Assembly (NCBI GenBank): GCA_041946805.1
Contig: JBHGBC010000094.1
Span: 1-30,456 of the forward strand
Direction: 5' to 3'
Source of the DNA: a bacterium
Lineage (GTDB): Bacteria; Hinthialibacterota; Hinthialibacteria; Hinthialibacterales; Hinthialibacteraceae
DNA length: 30,456 nucleotides
Shown here: piece by piece, positions 8,196-18,106 of the stretch
Layout: the number at the start of each line of letters is the position of its first letter
Numbering within the stretch: position 1 is the first letter of the stretch
Position numbers and translations under genes: made by a program
Notes under the pieces: model-generated
What the model was told of the DNA's origin: nothing
The model's input: only the letters and a program-made list of their open reading frames with translations
Databases searched by the model: none

Positions 8196-9250
8196 CCTTT
8201 CCACTCCTTTGTGTACTTCAATCCATTCACCGCCTCCCGCAGGTGGCTGGGCGCCAGGTGGCTGTAGAGGCGCGTGGTTTCGGTGTTGCTGTGCCCCAGG
8301 AGGGCCGCCACGGTGTAGAGAGGTGTCCCGGCCATCACCAAGTGGGAGGCGAAGGTATGCCGCAGCGTGTGCGCCGTGACCTTTTCCTCCCCGGCGGTCG
8401 GGAGCCCCGCCAGTTTCACGAGTCTTTGGAAGCGCTTTTTCATGCCTTCATAGGAGACCTCGATCACTCGTTCGGTCTCAGGATTGGATTCTCTCCGCCG
8501 CTTCAAATAGGCGAGCAGTTCATCATTGAGCGGCACCACGCGCGTGCGGCGGGTCTTTGTGGTCCAATCGTGCCGCGGGGCGATTGTGATGAACCGCTGG
8601 TCGAAGTTCACATCCTGCCAACGGAGCGCCAAGGCTTCGCCGGCTCTCAAGCCCGCGAACAATCCAAGCATGACGAAGGTTTCGACCGCGGGGGAGAGTT
8701 TCGCCGCGGTTTCCCGGATTTGGGTGATTTCCTCTACCGACAAGAAACGCAACCGGCCTTCCTCTTCCTGGAGTTTTTTCACCTTGGGGATGGCGGTCTC
8801 CGGAATCATGCCCCATTCCGCGGCTTTGCGGAGCATGGCCAACAGGACATGATGCGTCTCGATGTTCACGGTACGGGGCTTGACGGTTTGCAGGCGTTCC
8901 CGCTGATAGGCCTCGATCCGGGCGGCCGTGATTTGCTTGATCGGTGTGGATTCCCCCAAAAACGGCAGCAGGTACTTGTCCAGCAGCAAGCGTTTATTAT
9001 GGGCCCACCGCGGGGCCATGGTGGCCGCGCAATGGTCCAGGTACTTGTCCGCAAGTTCGCGCAGGGTGTGCCGTTTGTGTTGGGTGGGGAGGTCGTTAAA
9101 TTCCTTGGCCTCTTCCACCTTGTAATGGTTCAGGGTTTCCAGGGCGATTTTCTTTTTGTCGGTCTTGGTGGAAACCCGCTTCCACTTGCCTTGGGACTGA
9201 TACTGAACGTACCAGATGTCGCTCCCCGGACGTTTTACCAGACTCGCCAT
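8192..9250 (-). CDS. Tyrosine recombinase/integrase (352 aa)
   Basis: Catalytic R (GLRAGE), K (TTKT), HTLRH, LGH, Y (TRLYSH); basic N-terminal arm-binding domain; GGAG RBS supports ATG 9250 over 9373. Confidence 0.95.
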   Translation of the reverse strand: MASLVKRPGSDIWYVQYQSQGKWKRVSTKTDKKKIALETLNHYKVEEAKEFNDLPTQHKRHTLRELADKYLDHCAATMAPRWAHNKRLLLDKYLLPFLGESTPIKQITAARIEAYQRERLQTVKPRTVNIETHHVLLAMLRKAAEWGMIPETAIPKVKKLQEEEGRLRFLSVEEITQIRETAAKLSPAVETFVMLGLFAGLRAGEALALRWQDVNFDQRFITIAPRHDWTTKTRRTRVVPLNDELLAYLKRRRESNPETERVIEVSYEGMKKRFQRLVKLAGLPTAGEEKVTAHTLRHTFASHLVMAGTPLYTVAALLGHSNTETTRLYSHLAPSHLREAVNGLKYTKEWKG

Positions 9251-9265
9251 GAGTTCATCTCCCCC

Positions 9266-9445
9266 CTGTACACAGAAATTTGTGTACAGCGCCATCGGTG
9301 CGTGAGTGATTTCCGAGAGAGAAAAGCCAAGGAAATATTGGCTCAAATCCCGGAAGTACACAGGATTGTACACAAGAAAACCGCGAAAATCAAGGAAACC
9401 GGGGGATAAGCCGGGAAGCGGCGTTTTTCGTAAGTGCTTGTATTT
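9266..9445. promoter_or_regulatory. Putative att arm: integrase arm-type sites
   Basis: CTGTACACA-N6-TGTGTACAG 9266-9289; GTACACA direct repeats 9356-9362 and 9368-9374; IHF-like TAAGTGCTTGTATTT 9431-9445. Confidence 0.6.
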
Positions 9446-9471
9446 GAGGTAATTTAGGGGAAATTTGGGTA

Positions 9472-9545
9472 AGCGGGAGGCGGGGGTCGAACCCGTAACC
9501 CTCAGCTTGGAAGGCTGATGCTCTGGCCAATTGAGCTACTCCCGC
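9472..9545 (-). tRNA. tRNA-Gly(TCC), CCA not encoded
   Basis: Cloverleaf: acceptor GCGGGAG/CTCCCGC, D arm GCTC/GAGC, anticodon arm TCAGC-CTTCCAA-GCTGA, TTCGA T loop. Confidence 0.95.
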
Positions 9546-9598
9546 GTGATGGGGCCGTGAGAACTAAACCGGTTGGCCATCTGTCCGGCAACCGGGAA

Positions 9599-9626
9599 AT
9601 TATCTCTTGCATCCACCGCCTGTCAA
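9599..9626 (-). promoter_or_regulatory. Putative sigma70 promoter for the tRNA
   Basis: TTGACA-16 nt-GATAAT on the minus strand about 55 nt upstream of the tRNA. Confidence 0.55.
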
Positions 9627-9714
9627 GCGGCTTGGTCAGGCGAAGGGAGCGGACCTGAACTCACTCCACGCCGGCGTCCGCGGAAAGCGCGCGGCGTGTC
9701 ACAATCCGGGCATT

Positions 9715-10386
9715 TCACATCCCGATCAGCAGCTGGCGGATCGGATCCACGACCACCTGCAAGTAATAACCGAAAACCGACACATTGAAGACGAGGCTGA
9801 TGCCGATCAGTCCGAAAAAGATCATCACCGAATATTGCCGGAATTCTTCCATTTTGTCGGCCTGCTCGCGGGGCAGGATGCCGGCCAGGATTTTTTCGCC
9901 GTCGAGGGGAAAGAGCGGGATCAGGTTGAAAAACGCCAGGGCCAGGTTGATCAGCACCCCGTAGCTGCTGACCAGGATACCGGCATGGAAAATCGACTCG
10001 CCGGTCGGCAGGCGCATGATGAACTCGGCCACTGGCTCATACAAAAAGAGGCGGAAGAGGAGCGCCAGCGCCACGGCTTGAATCAGGTTGCTGACCGGGC
10101 CGGCCAGGGCGATCAGCATGGAATCCCGGCGGATGTCCCGCAGGTTCAGGGGATTGAAGGGAACCGGTTTTCCCCAGCCGATGGGGGCCATCAAGATGAA
10201 CAAAAAGCCCATGGCGTCGAAGTGGACCACGGGATTGATCGTCAACCGTCCCAGGCGGGCGGCGGTGTCATCGCCGCAATGGTAGGCCATCCAGGCATGG
10301 GCCATCTCGTGCACCGAAATCGCCAGGATCAGCATGGCGAACATGGCAAATCCGGCCTGCGGATTGTCAAGGATGATTTGCAGCAT
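9715..10386 (-). CDS. Site-2 protease, peptidase M50 family
   Basis: HEMAH zinc motif, ALAGPVSN, FNLIPLFPLDG; hydrophobic. Confidence 0.93.
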   Translation of the reverse strand: MLQIILDNPQAGFAMFAMLILAISVHEMAHAWMAYHCGDDTAARLGRLTINPVVHFDAMGFLFILMAPIGWGKPVPFNPLNLRDIRRDSMLIALAGPVSNLIQAVALALLFRLFLYEPVAEFIMRLPTGESIFHAGILVSSYGVLINLALAFFNLIPLFPLDGEKILAGILPREQADKMEEFRQYSVMIFFGLIGISLVFNVSVFGYYLQVVVDPIRQLLIGM

Positions 10387-10696
10387 GCGTTTGGGTCCTT
10401 TACCCCGAGAATGGGAGTATTATACCTGTTTCGCCGGGAAGGAGGAATGCGAACGGGACCGCCGGGCCGCGGGGTGCTTGAAGAAATCCGGCGGTTGCAG
10501 CACAATGATGGCTTCATTCAGAGGCGCGATGAAGATAAACCGGGTTGCCTGCCGGAAGTTCAAGTCCGGGATGCGAATACTGAGCCGGGCCTGACCTTCC
10601 CTGCATTCTCTCTTCCACGGCCGGATCGAAGCCGGGAGAGGGAGAGGAAGCGCATCATCGCAGCTTGAATCAAACCAGAAGAGGAGGATCCTGTTC

Positions 10697-11665
10697 ATGT
10701 CCCGGGTGGCGATCGGAATCGATTTGGGTGGAACGGATATCAAGGCCGGATTGGTCACGGATGACGGTACGATCGTGGAGTCGTACAAAAAAGCGACGAT
10801 GGGCCATCTGGGCGGGCGCAAGGTGGTCGACCGGATCGGTGATTTGATCCAGGAAATTCTGGATTCGGAAGCGATGAAAGGCCGCCGGGACCAATTGGTC
10901 GGGATCGGCATCGGCAGCCCGGGGCTGATCGACCACGCGAAGGGGGCCATCACGCGGCCGGTGAATATCACGGACTGGGATTACTGGATCAACGTGCGGG
11001 AGATTTTTCAAGAGCGGTTCGGTCTGTTTACCTGGGTGGATAACGACGCCAATGTGTGCGCCTTGGGTGAAGCGCTGTTCGGCCGGGGCAAGGGTAAGAA
11101 AGTGGTTCTGGTGCTCACTTTGGGAACCGGGGTGGGCGGCGGGATCGTTGTCGATGGGGAAGTATACCACGGCGCGGCGGGCTTCGGGGGCGAGTTGGGG
11201 CACATCATGGTGAATCCCGACGGTCCTGTCTGCGGTTGCGGCAACACCGGCTGCCTGGAGACCTATGCGGCCGCCAGCGCCATCGGCCGTCACGGCCAGG
11301 ATTGGGTGCGGGTGGAGCATGTGCCCACGCGGTTGCGGGACATGGCGAAGCAAAACAACGGCACGGTCACGTCCAAGATGGTGTATGAAGCGGCGCTGCA
11401 GGGCGACGAAATCGCGCTGGAGGTGGTGGCCCGGGCGGGAAAATACTTGGGGATCGGCATTGCCAGCCTGATCGTTTCGTTCAATCCCGAGATTGTCTGC
11501 ATCGGCGGCGGGGCCTCGAACATGGGCGACCTGTTGTTCGATCACGCCCGGCGCGAGACGAAGCGGCGGGTTTTCTTCCATTCGCATTATCCCACGCCCA
11601 TCGTGCAGGCCCAGTTGGGTGAAGAGGCCGGCCTGGTGGGGGCGGCTGGGATGGCCTTCGCGTAA
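10697..11665 (+). CDS. ROK family sugar kinase (glucokinase-like)
   Basis: GIDLGGT, NDAN, LGTGVGGG, GELGH, CGCGNTGCLE. Confidence 0.93.
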   Translation: MSRVAIGIDLGGTDIKAGLVTDDGTIVESYKKATMGHLGGRKVVDRIGDLIQEILDSEAMKGRRDQLVGIGIGSPGLIDHAKGAITRPVNITDWDYWINVREIFQERFGLFTWVDNDANVCALGEALFGRGKGKKVVLVLTLGTGVGGGIVVDGEVYHGAAGFGGELGHIMVNPDGPVCGCGNTGCLETYAAASAIGRHGQDWVRVEHVPTRLRDMAKQNNGTVTSKMVYEAALQGDEIALEVVARAGKYLGIGIASLIVSFNPEIVCIGGGASNMGDLLFDHARRETKRRVFFHSHYPTPIVQAQLGEEAGLVGAAGMAFA

Positions 11666-11685
11666 AAACCGATTATGCTTTGGGC

Positions 11686-12912
11686 ATGACGAAGGATGAG
11701 CTCAAGGCGTTTGCCCGGCAATGTGGTTTCGACGCGGTGGGAGTGGCCCCTCCCATGCCCCGGACCGGGGAAGCGTTCACCGGCTGGCTGGCGCAAGGCT
11801 GCCACGGGGAGATGGGCTACCTGGAGCGCCACGCCGGATTGCGCCGTGATCCCGAATTGCTGTTTCCGGCCGTTCGCCGTGTTCTCGTGCTCGCCCAATC
11901 GTATCGAACGGAGGACCCGCCCCACTCCTCCCCCGAAAAGCCATTTCAATCCGTGATTTCCCGCTATGCCTGGGGGCGTGATTATCATAACATCCTCCGC
12001 CAGGGATTGAGAAAAATCGTGGATTTTATCCACGAGCGCACCCAGGGAGCCCACCAGGCGCGGGCCTGCGTGGACACGGCGCCGGTGCTGGAGCGGGATT
12101 TCGCCGCCCAGGCGGGCATCGGCTGGATCGGCAAGCATACCAACCTGCTCAGCCGCCAGCAGGGAAACTGGCTCTTTCTGGGGGTGATCCTTACTTCGCT
12201 GGAACTCGAACCGGACCATACGGTGAAATCCCATTGCGGCACGTGTGCGCGGTGCCTGGAGGCCTGCCCCACGCGGGCGTTTCTCAGCCCCTACGTCCTG
12301 GATGCCCGCCGCTGTATTTCGTATCTCACCATCGAACTCAAGGGCCCGATTCCCCGGGAATTGCGCCGCGCGGTCGGACAGCGGATCTTCGGCTGCGACG
12401 ATTGCCTCGCGGTCTGCCCGTGGAACCGGTTCGCGGCGCGATCATCCGAACTGGATTTTTATCCACGCCACCGCCTGCTGACTACCACGTTGGTGGAATG
12501 GATGACACTCACGCCGGAGAAATTCCGCGCCCGGTTCCAGGGCAGTCCCATCCTGCGGGCCAAGCGGCGGGGTTTTCTACGCAACGTGGCCGTGGCCTTG
12601 GGCAACACCCGGGATGCCCGGGCCGTGCCGGTGTTAGCGAACGCGTTGCGCGATCCAGAACCGCTGATCCGGGGACATGCCGCCTGGGCATTGGGGGAAA
12701 TCGGCGGAAAGACGGCTCTCCGGGAGTTGGTGGAAGCCCGGCGCGGGGAAGAGGAACCGTATGTCCGGGATGAAATCGAAACGGCATTGCGGGAAGGCTG
12801 TACCGTGAGCGGGGAGACGGATCATTTTTTGCGGGCGGGTGATTCCAATTCCGGCGTTTCGGCTTCCTTGGATTTGAGTTCCTCGGGAAATGAGCGGTTG
12901 GCGAGTTGTTGA
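11686..12912 (+). CDS. queG: Epoxyqueuosine reductase QueG with HEAT-like tail
   Basis: ISRYAWGRDYH, VDTAPVLER, CGTCARCLEACPT, RCISYLTIE, FGCDDCLAVCPWN. Confidence 0.95.
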   Translation: MTKDELKAFARQCGFDAVGVAPPMPRTGEAFTGWLAQGCHGEMGYLERHAGLRRDPELLFPAVRRVLVLAQSYRTEDPPHSSPEKPFQSVISRYAWGRDYHNILRQGLRKIVDFIHERTQGAHQARACVDTAPVLERDFAAQAGIGWIGKHTNLLSRQQGNWLFLGVILTSLELEPDHTVKSHCGTCARCLEACPTRAFLSPYVLDARRCISYLTIELKGPIPRELRRAVGQRIFGCDDCLAVCPWNRFAARSSELDFYPRHRLLTTTLVEWMTLTPEKFRARFQGSPILRAKRRGFLRNVAVALGNTRDARAVPVLANALRDPEPLIRGHAAWALGEIGGKTALRELVEARRGEEEPYVRDEIETALREGCTVSGETDHFLRAGDSNSGVSASLDLSSSGNERLASC

Positions 12913-13271
12913 TCGTTTTGCTGCGCCAGATAGGACAGCATGAGGATGGATTTCATCACCTCGTTCTCGTCCCGGCGCTCGATGCCATTTTTGATCCGCT
13001 CCAGCTGGTCCTGAACCAGTAAAACCCGTTCATTTTTTTTCCCGCTCTGGGCTAGGTTGGGAAGATGGCGGTGTTCGAGTTGCACAAATGCCTTTTTGAG
13101 GCTGGACCAGGGAATCGCGAACCGCCGGCGGCGGCCCCAGGATCCCAAGGAACGGTCGAAGTAGAACAACAAACTGAAAAAGATGATCAACAAGGCCAAC
13201 GGCCACCACATATAACTCAACAGGGTGGCATAGGCCTTGGTGAATTCCACCACAAATTCCGCGCCGTTCAT
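12822..13271 (-). CDS. Hypothetical single-pass membrane protein
   Basis: WWPLALLIIFFSLLFYF transmembrane segment followed by RRRR; GGGAG RBS; 91-bp convergent overlap with queG. Confidence 0.65.
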   Translation of the reverse strand: MNGAEFVVEFTKAYATLLSYMWWPLALLIIFFSLLFYFDRSLGSWGRRRRFAIPWSSLKKAFVQLEHRHLPNLAQSGKKNERVLLVQDQLERIKNGIERRDENEVMKSILMLSYLAQQNDQQLANRSFPEELKSKEAETPELESPARKK

Positions 13272-13351
13272 CCCCAATTTCTCCCGTCAATCTTTGCGCC
13301 GGGTGGAAGGGTTCCGTACCCGGCGAAGCCGTCCGCGTACGGGCTTCATTT

Positions 13352-14095
13352 TCAGGTCAACACCTTGGCGCGTTTGTCACCTCCTGTCAATTCCATCGTC
13401 CAGCCCCGGGCGCGCAGCGCGGAGAGCACGGTTTTCACGGCGGCGTCGAGGGGCGTGTTGGCCGTGTTGATCACCATGTCGTATTGGGTGGGATCATTGA
13501 TGTCCTTGTGGAAATAGCGTTTGAAAAAATCCGCCCGTTCGCGATCCACCCGTTTGATGTCCGCGGCGGCCAGGGCTTCGGTCATGCCCTCGAGTTCGAC
13601 CAGATTCCGGATCCGGACTTTTTCCGGCGCGACCACTCGCAGATGGAACGCGTTGGTTCCCGCCAGGATCGAATTGGCGCCGCGGCCCACGATGACGACG
13701 CTGCCTTGCAGGGAGACAGTCTTCAAGACCTCGATCAGCGCGTGAATATAGTGATCATGACTGAAGATATTGCCGGAGAGCATGCCTTTAACCCACAATT
13801 CCAACTCGGAGCGGTCGCGCTCATCCAACGATTCAACCAATTCACTGCGCGCGCCGATATGGTCGGCGATGAAATTCACGATTTTGTGATCGAACAACCC
13901 GTAATTCAATTCATGAGCCAGCAATTTCGCCAGTTCATGTCCGCGGGACCCCCGTTGGCGGGAAACGGTGACCACCGGTTTGATTTCGCAGGGCCGCAAC
14001 GCTTCCTGGTGTTCCTGCCGCGCCCGCTCCTGGATCTCCCGGTCCTGCATCCAGCGCCGGACTTGCCGGCTGACGATGTGATGGATATCCGGCAT
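13352..14095 (-). CDS. Cytidylate kinase-like family protein
   Basis: VTVSRQRGSRG, VIVGRGA, DRERADF, YDMVINT; AAGGAG RBS before ATG 14095. Confidence 0.9.
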   Translation of the reverse strand: MPDIHHIVSRQVRRWMQDREIQERARQEHQEALRPCEIKPVVTVSRQRGSRGHELAKLLAHELNYGLFDHKIVNFIADHIGARSELVESLDERDRSELELWVKGMLSGNIFSHDHYIHALIEVLKTVSLQGSVVIVGRGANSILAGTNAFHLRVVAPEKVRIRNLVELEGMTEALAAADIKRVDRERADFFKRYFHKDINDPTQYDMVINTANTPLDAAVKTVLSALRARGWTMELTGGDKRAKVLT

Positions 14096-14364
14096 GACGG
14101 TTTCTCCTTTTCCCCCATGAATTACGTATCCGGTCCTGTTCTTCATTGTAGCATACTTTCCGCGCGGTTTGTCTATAAAAGTATGCTTTTACATGATAGT
14201 GGGAAAAACAAGCATCCTCCGCCGGAGAGCAGCCGGGGAAAATCCACGGTAAATCCGGCGCCATGCCTCCAAACCCAGCGGATTCGATGGTATTATAGCT
14301 TTGGTTATGGCGGTGTGTGCCGCCGGCCCAGGGATCGAAATCGCACGAACAGGGGATACGCACG

Positions 14365-14775
14365 ATGAGTTCGATTGATCTACGAAACGAAGCCCAGGCG
14401 ATCATCAAGAACCGCTCCATTTTCTTCATGGCCACGGACGACAACGGAATTCCCCGGGTACGGCCCATGACCTGCCTGCATTCGGACGGCTTCAAGATTT
14501 GGACCTGCTCCCACAAGGACACCGCGAAGATCGGCCAATTGAAAGCCAATAACACGGTGGAACTTTGCTTCCTCGACACCAACAACCGGCTCCTGCGCAT
14601 TACCGGCAAGGTATCCATGTTCGATGACGAGAAAGCCTGGGCCGACCTGCCTATTCAAGCGCAATACATGCCCATGCTCGAAGATCCCAACTTTATTCTC
14701 CTTTTGATCGAACCCACCCAAGTCCGCATGACCAACGATTGGAGTTTGAACTACAAACCCATCCCCATCGAGTGA
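14365..14775 (+). CDS. Pyridoxamine 5'-phosphate oxidase-like FMN-binding protein
   Basis: FMATDDNGIPRVRPM, TAKIGQLKANNTVELCF, LRITG. Confidence 0.85.
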   Translation: MSSIDLRNEAQAIIKNRSIFFMATDDNGIPRVRPMTCLHSDGFKIWTCSHKDTAKIGQLKANNTVELCFLDTNNRLLRITGKVSMFDDEKAWADLPIQAQYMPMLEDPNFILLLIEPTQVRMTNDWSLNYKPIPIE

Positions 14776-15010
14776 GCAGAATCCGGCCTCATGGCCCGGC
14801 CCAGCAGGAAGAGTCCGCGCAGGGCGTGGAACTCCTCGGGAAGAGGTGTTCGATCTTTCCTGATGAAATGGATACCAACACATTCCCATCTTCCCGCCCT
14901 CTGGAAGAGCCAGGACATGGGAAAGAAGATCGCTCCGGCGTGAAAGCAGGGGTACGTTGCTACATGCTCCTGCTTTGTTTCTGGCAACCTGGATGGATAT
15001 GGATAATCCA

Positions 15011-16381
15011 TTACCACTCCCGGATGGTTTTCTCCACGGCTTCCATGCATCCCGCCGCGACCCGGTAGCGGTTGGCGAAACGGGCGTTTGCCTTGCGGGT
15101 GTGATAATTCACACTGGATTCGGAGAATTTCAGGCCGGTGGCGGTGCTGATGACCGCCACGGTGTCGGTTTCCTTCACCGTTCCGTCCGCCCGCGCTTGA
15201 AGCAGGGCGGAGAGGCCGATGCCGGTTTGCGGACAGATATCCACGCCGCCGCGCGTGACGGCCATCTGCGCGTCTTGGATATCGTCTTCCGGGCAGCGGT
15301 AGAAGTGGGCGTCAAACGAACGGATCAGTTGATTCACCCGCGGGAACGAAACCGGATCGCTGATGTTGGCCGCCGAGGCCACGCTGGGTTGATGTTTTCC
15401 CGGTTGGTAGGCCTCGGGCCCGCGGCCGTTTTCATCCCACCGCACCAGCGTGTCGCATACCTCCGCCTGGCCCACGAGGATGCCGGGCAAGCGGTCGATC
15501 AAACCGTGTTCCCGGGCGCGGATGAGGCCGATCAGCAGGGCGGTCAGGTTGCCGGCATTGCCCACGGGAATCACCACCCAATCGGGGGCTTTCCAGCGCA
15601 GGTCCTGGCAGATTTCCAGCACGATGGTTTCCTGGCCCGCGACCCGGAATGCGTTTTTCGAGTTGACCAGCACCAGTTCCGAATGCGCCTGACTGAACTG
15701 CTGGATGATGCGCATGCAGCCGTCGAAGCCGTCTGGATGGTCCACGGCGATAACTTTCGCTCCGAATTGCATGGCCTGGTTGAGCTGCGCGGGTGAGATT
15801 TCGTTATGCGGCACCAGGATGACGCATTCCAGGCGGTCCCGCGCGTACGCGGCGTACGCGGCGGCGGCGGCAGAGGTATCGCCGGTGCTGGCGCAGCAAA
15901 CCCCGCGGATGCCCAGCGCCGGATAGTTCAACTGCAAACGCAGGATTTCGCTGATGGCCACCGACATGCCCCGGTCCTTGAAACTGCCGCTGGGATTCTG
16001 CCCCTCGAGTTTGAGGAACGTGGGGCCCAATCCCAATTCCCGGCGCAGCCAGAGCGGGATTTCAAACAAGTCGGTGCAGCCTTCCAGCATGGCCATGCAG
16101 GCCTCGTCGGGGAAGCCGGGGAGGATCAGGTCTTTCCACTCGAATACACCCGACCCCGCCGGATAATGCCGCGCCTTTTCGCTCCAGCGGATCTGGTCGA
16201 AATACCGGCGCGCCGCGGGTCCCGAGCCGATGACGCCGCGGATGTACTCCTCGTCGCGTTCCACCAACAGCAAACCGCCACATCCGGGCTGGGTGCAGGT
16301 ATAGGTGAACCGGTCGGTGGGATACCTGGTTGAACAAACGATGCATTGTTGATAATATCGGACGGGCGATGATTCAGTCAT
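15011..16381 (-). CDS. thrC: Threonine synthase
   Basis: NPSGSFKDRG PLP lysine, CASTGDTSAA, PVGNAGN, STATGLKF; N-terminal Cys pairs. Confidence 0.92.
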   Translation of the reverse strand: MTESSPVRYYQQCIVCSTRYPTDRFTYTCTQPGCGGLLLVERDEEYIRGVIGSGPAARRYFDQIRWSEKARHYPAGSGVFEWKDLILPGFPDEACMAMLEGCTDLFEIPLWLRRELGLGPTFLKLEGQNPSGSFKDRGMSVAISEILRLQLNYPALGIRGVCCASTGDTSAAAAAYAAYARDRLECVILVPHNEISPAQLNQAMQFGAKVIAVDHPDGFDGCMRIIQQFSQAHSELVLVNSKNAFRVAGQETIVLEICQDLRWKAPDWVVIPVGNAGNLTALLIGLIRAREHGLIDRLPGILVGQAEVCDTLVRWDENGRGPEAYQPGKHQPSVASAANISDPVSFPRVNQLIRSFDAHFYRCPEDDIQDAQMAVTRGGVDICPQTGIGLSALLQARADGTVKETDTVAVISTATGLKFSESSVNYHTRKANARFANRYRVAAGCMEAVEKTIREW

Positions 16382-16607
16382 CGGCGGATTCTCCTGGGGC
16401 GTTATCCATTTCCTGCCTGGTCCGTTTTACTTATGAGTCGCGGACCTCTTTATCATAGCCCGTTGAGGCGGCCCGCTAAATACACGCCCTTCTTTTTCCA
16501 CTATCCAAGGTGGAGGGGGAAAATGGGAAGTTCAGAGACCCAACCGGTTTTGCAGCGCCCTGGAATCAGGGGGTATTCTGGATAAACATAGAGAGATTTT
16601 TAAAGAC

Positions 16608-17507
16608 ATGGCCATAGGATTTTCCCAATACTCCGGCGCCTTGTCGCGGCATCTCCGGTTTCTCGCCGCCGGTTTGGTGTTGCTTTTTCTCACTTCTCCC
16701 GCTCTGGCCGCCCCTTGGTGGTCATTGGAAAAAGTGGAAGAAACCCGCGAAGTGGACGCCGGCGTGGTGTACGAGCGCGTCCTCTTCCAGCGCGTCACCA
16801 ACGAACCGGTCCGCGCGCATATTCTGAGCGTCACGGGAAACGGCGGTCTGTATCAGTTTGGTGTGCTGGGAAGTTTCGGCGTGTTGTTCCCCCCGAGTGA
16901 ATTCGCCAAGCACAGCGGTGCGATCGCGGTGATCAACGGCGGCTTTTTTTCCGTGCATCCCAACCGCGCTCTGGGCCTGGTGGCCGCCCATAATCGTGTC
17001 CTCTATCCGCCGCACGCTGGCACGCAGGAGCGCGGGGCGGTCGGCTTTTCCCCCACGGACATTCTGATCGATTGGATCAGCGCCGACGACATCCAGAACA
17101 ACCGCTTTCAATCCGGCAAGGCGGAATGGAACCAGTGCTACGCCGCGCTCGGGGCCGGTCCCATCCTGATCAAAAAGGGCCAGTCGCGGCTCGACACCTC
17201 TCTGGAAGGATTCAACAAAACCCAAACCGCGCCCCGCACCGCCATTGCCAAAACCAAGGATGGTCACGTGCTGCTGGTGGTCATCGACGGCCGTCAGCCG
17301 GATTGGAGTGCGGGCGTGACCCTGGAGGAGCTCACCGAGTTGTTTCTGGCGCGGGGCGTGAACGAGGCGCTCAACCTGGACGGCGGCGGCTCGTCCGTGA
17401 TGGTGGTCCAGAACCAGGTTCTCAGCCGCCCGTCCGACATGGCTCTCCCCGGTTTCCCCGGCAAGGAACGCGCGGTCCCCAACGTGATCTCGTTGTTCAA
17501 AAAATGA
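16608..17507 (+). CDS. Secreted phosphodiester glycosidase (NAGPA family)
   Basis: Signal peptide; INGGFF, APRTAI, VIDGRQ, ALNLDGGGSS. Confidence 0.9.
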   Translation: MAIGFSQYSGALSRHLRFLAAGLVLLFLTSPALAAPWWSLEKVEETREVDAGVVYERVLFQRVTNEPVRAHILSVTGNGGLYQFGVLGSFGVLFPPSEFAKHSGAIAVINGGFFSVHPNRALGLVAAHNRVLYPPHAGTQERGAVGFSPTDILIDWISADDIQNNRFQSGKAEWNQCYAALGAGPILIKKGQSRLDTSLEGFNKTQTAPRTAIAKTKDGHVLLVVIDGRQPDWSAGVTLEELTELFLARGVNEALNLDGGGSSVMVVQNQVLSRPSDMALPGFPGKERAVPNVISLFKK

Positions 17508-17589
17508 GGGAATTTTCTGATTGTTCAGGGAGTAGAATGAAATCCTGCGGGGATGACATTCTACAGAATGAACTGTTCTTTTGAGTTGA

Positions 17590-17981
17590 GTAGGATGGAT
17601 TAGCGCGAAGCGCGTAACCCATCAATATCCTGGTCATCCGGCACATCCTGGCCATCCTGATTCAGACAATAAAAATCCTCCACTCATAGCCAGAGGGGCG
17701 GAGGATGAATCGTAAGATAGGTGTACGTTGCCACATACCCCTACTTCGTCTCAACCGGGTCCTTTGGTAGGGTGGGCTGATCTCCCCACCCACCAAAAAC
17801 CACCTGCCTTTTACCATCCCCTCTCCCCCTGGGAGAGGGCCCGGGAAAGGGAAAACCCTTGAAACGCAATCTCCCATCGGTATCTTTTTCGATACCCACC
17901 ATAAGGCCAACACTTGTAGGGGCACTTTGGAACGACACCCTACGGAAAAGTTCGCTGGATCCTTGCTTTCGCGGGGATGAC
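17590..17981. repeat. Intergenic mosaic of REP-like palindromes
   Basis: GTAG-led palindromes at 17590, 17767, 17916; ATCCTG-type repeat 17627-17670; 33-mer 17819-17851; CTGGATCCTTGCTTTCGCGGGGATGAC 17955-17981. Confidence 0.75.
17819..17851 (+). repeat. 33-bp REP-like copy 1
   Basis: CCCTCTCCCCCTGGGAGAGGGCCCGGGAAAGGG. Confidence 0.85.
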
Positions 17982-18106
17982 ATCCATGGCAGACTTGTGG
18001 GTAAGGATCAAACGGGGGGAGAGGGATTTTTTTCCGTTTCGTATTTTCACGAACCCATAGCATACACCCGGGGCTATTATCAAGTGAAATGCCGTGGAGG
18101 GGAATC

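Larger units (their letters stand above)
4579..9471 (-). mobile_element. tRNA-Gly-integrated element core (int - regulator pseudogene - xis pseudogene - rep - helicase - SSB); left boundary unresolved and probably includes 1-4578
   Basis: Integrase abuts the tRNA 3' end; co-oriented phage/satellite-type replication genes; AT-richer than flanking host genes. Confidence 0.85.

Noticed and set aside
9251..9373. N-terminal extension of the integrase
   Set aside because: Covers att arm repeats; RBS supports ATG 9250
8243..9409. 388-aa plus-strand ORF and similar long ORFs (1578-2528, 9607-10668, 10670-11587, 13484-14368, 23435-24562, 26776-27618)
   Set aside because: Antisense shadows of well-supported genes in GC-rich DNA, with no recognisable motifs
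12822..12912. Convergent queG overlap as a regulatory system
   Set aside because: Low-complexity tails on both proteins; common stop-codon drift
16382..16607. Riboswitch or attenuator upstream of thrC
   Set aside because: No SAM, T-box or leader-peptide pattern recognised by eye; an Rfam scan would be decisive
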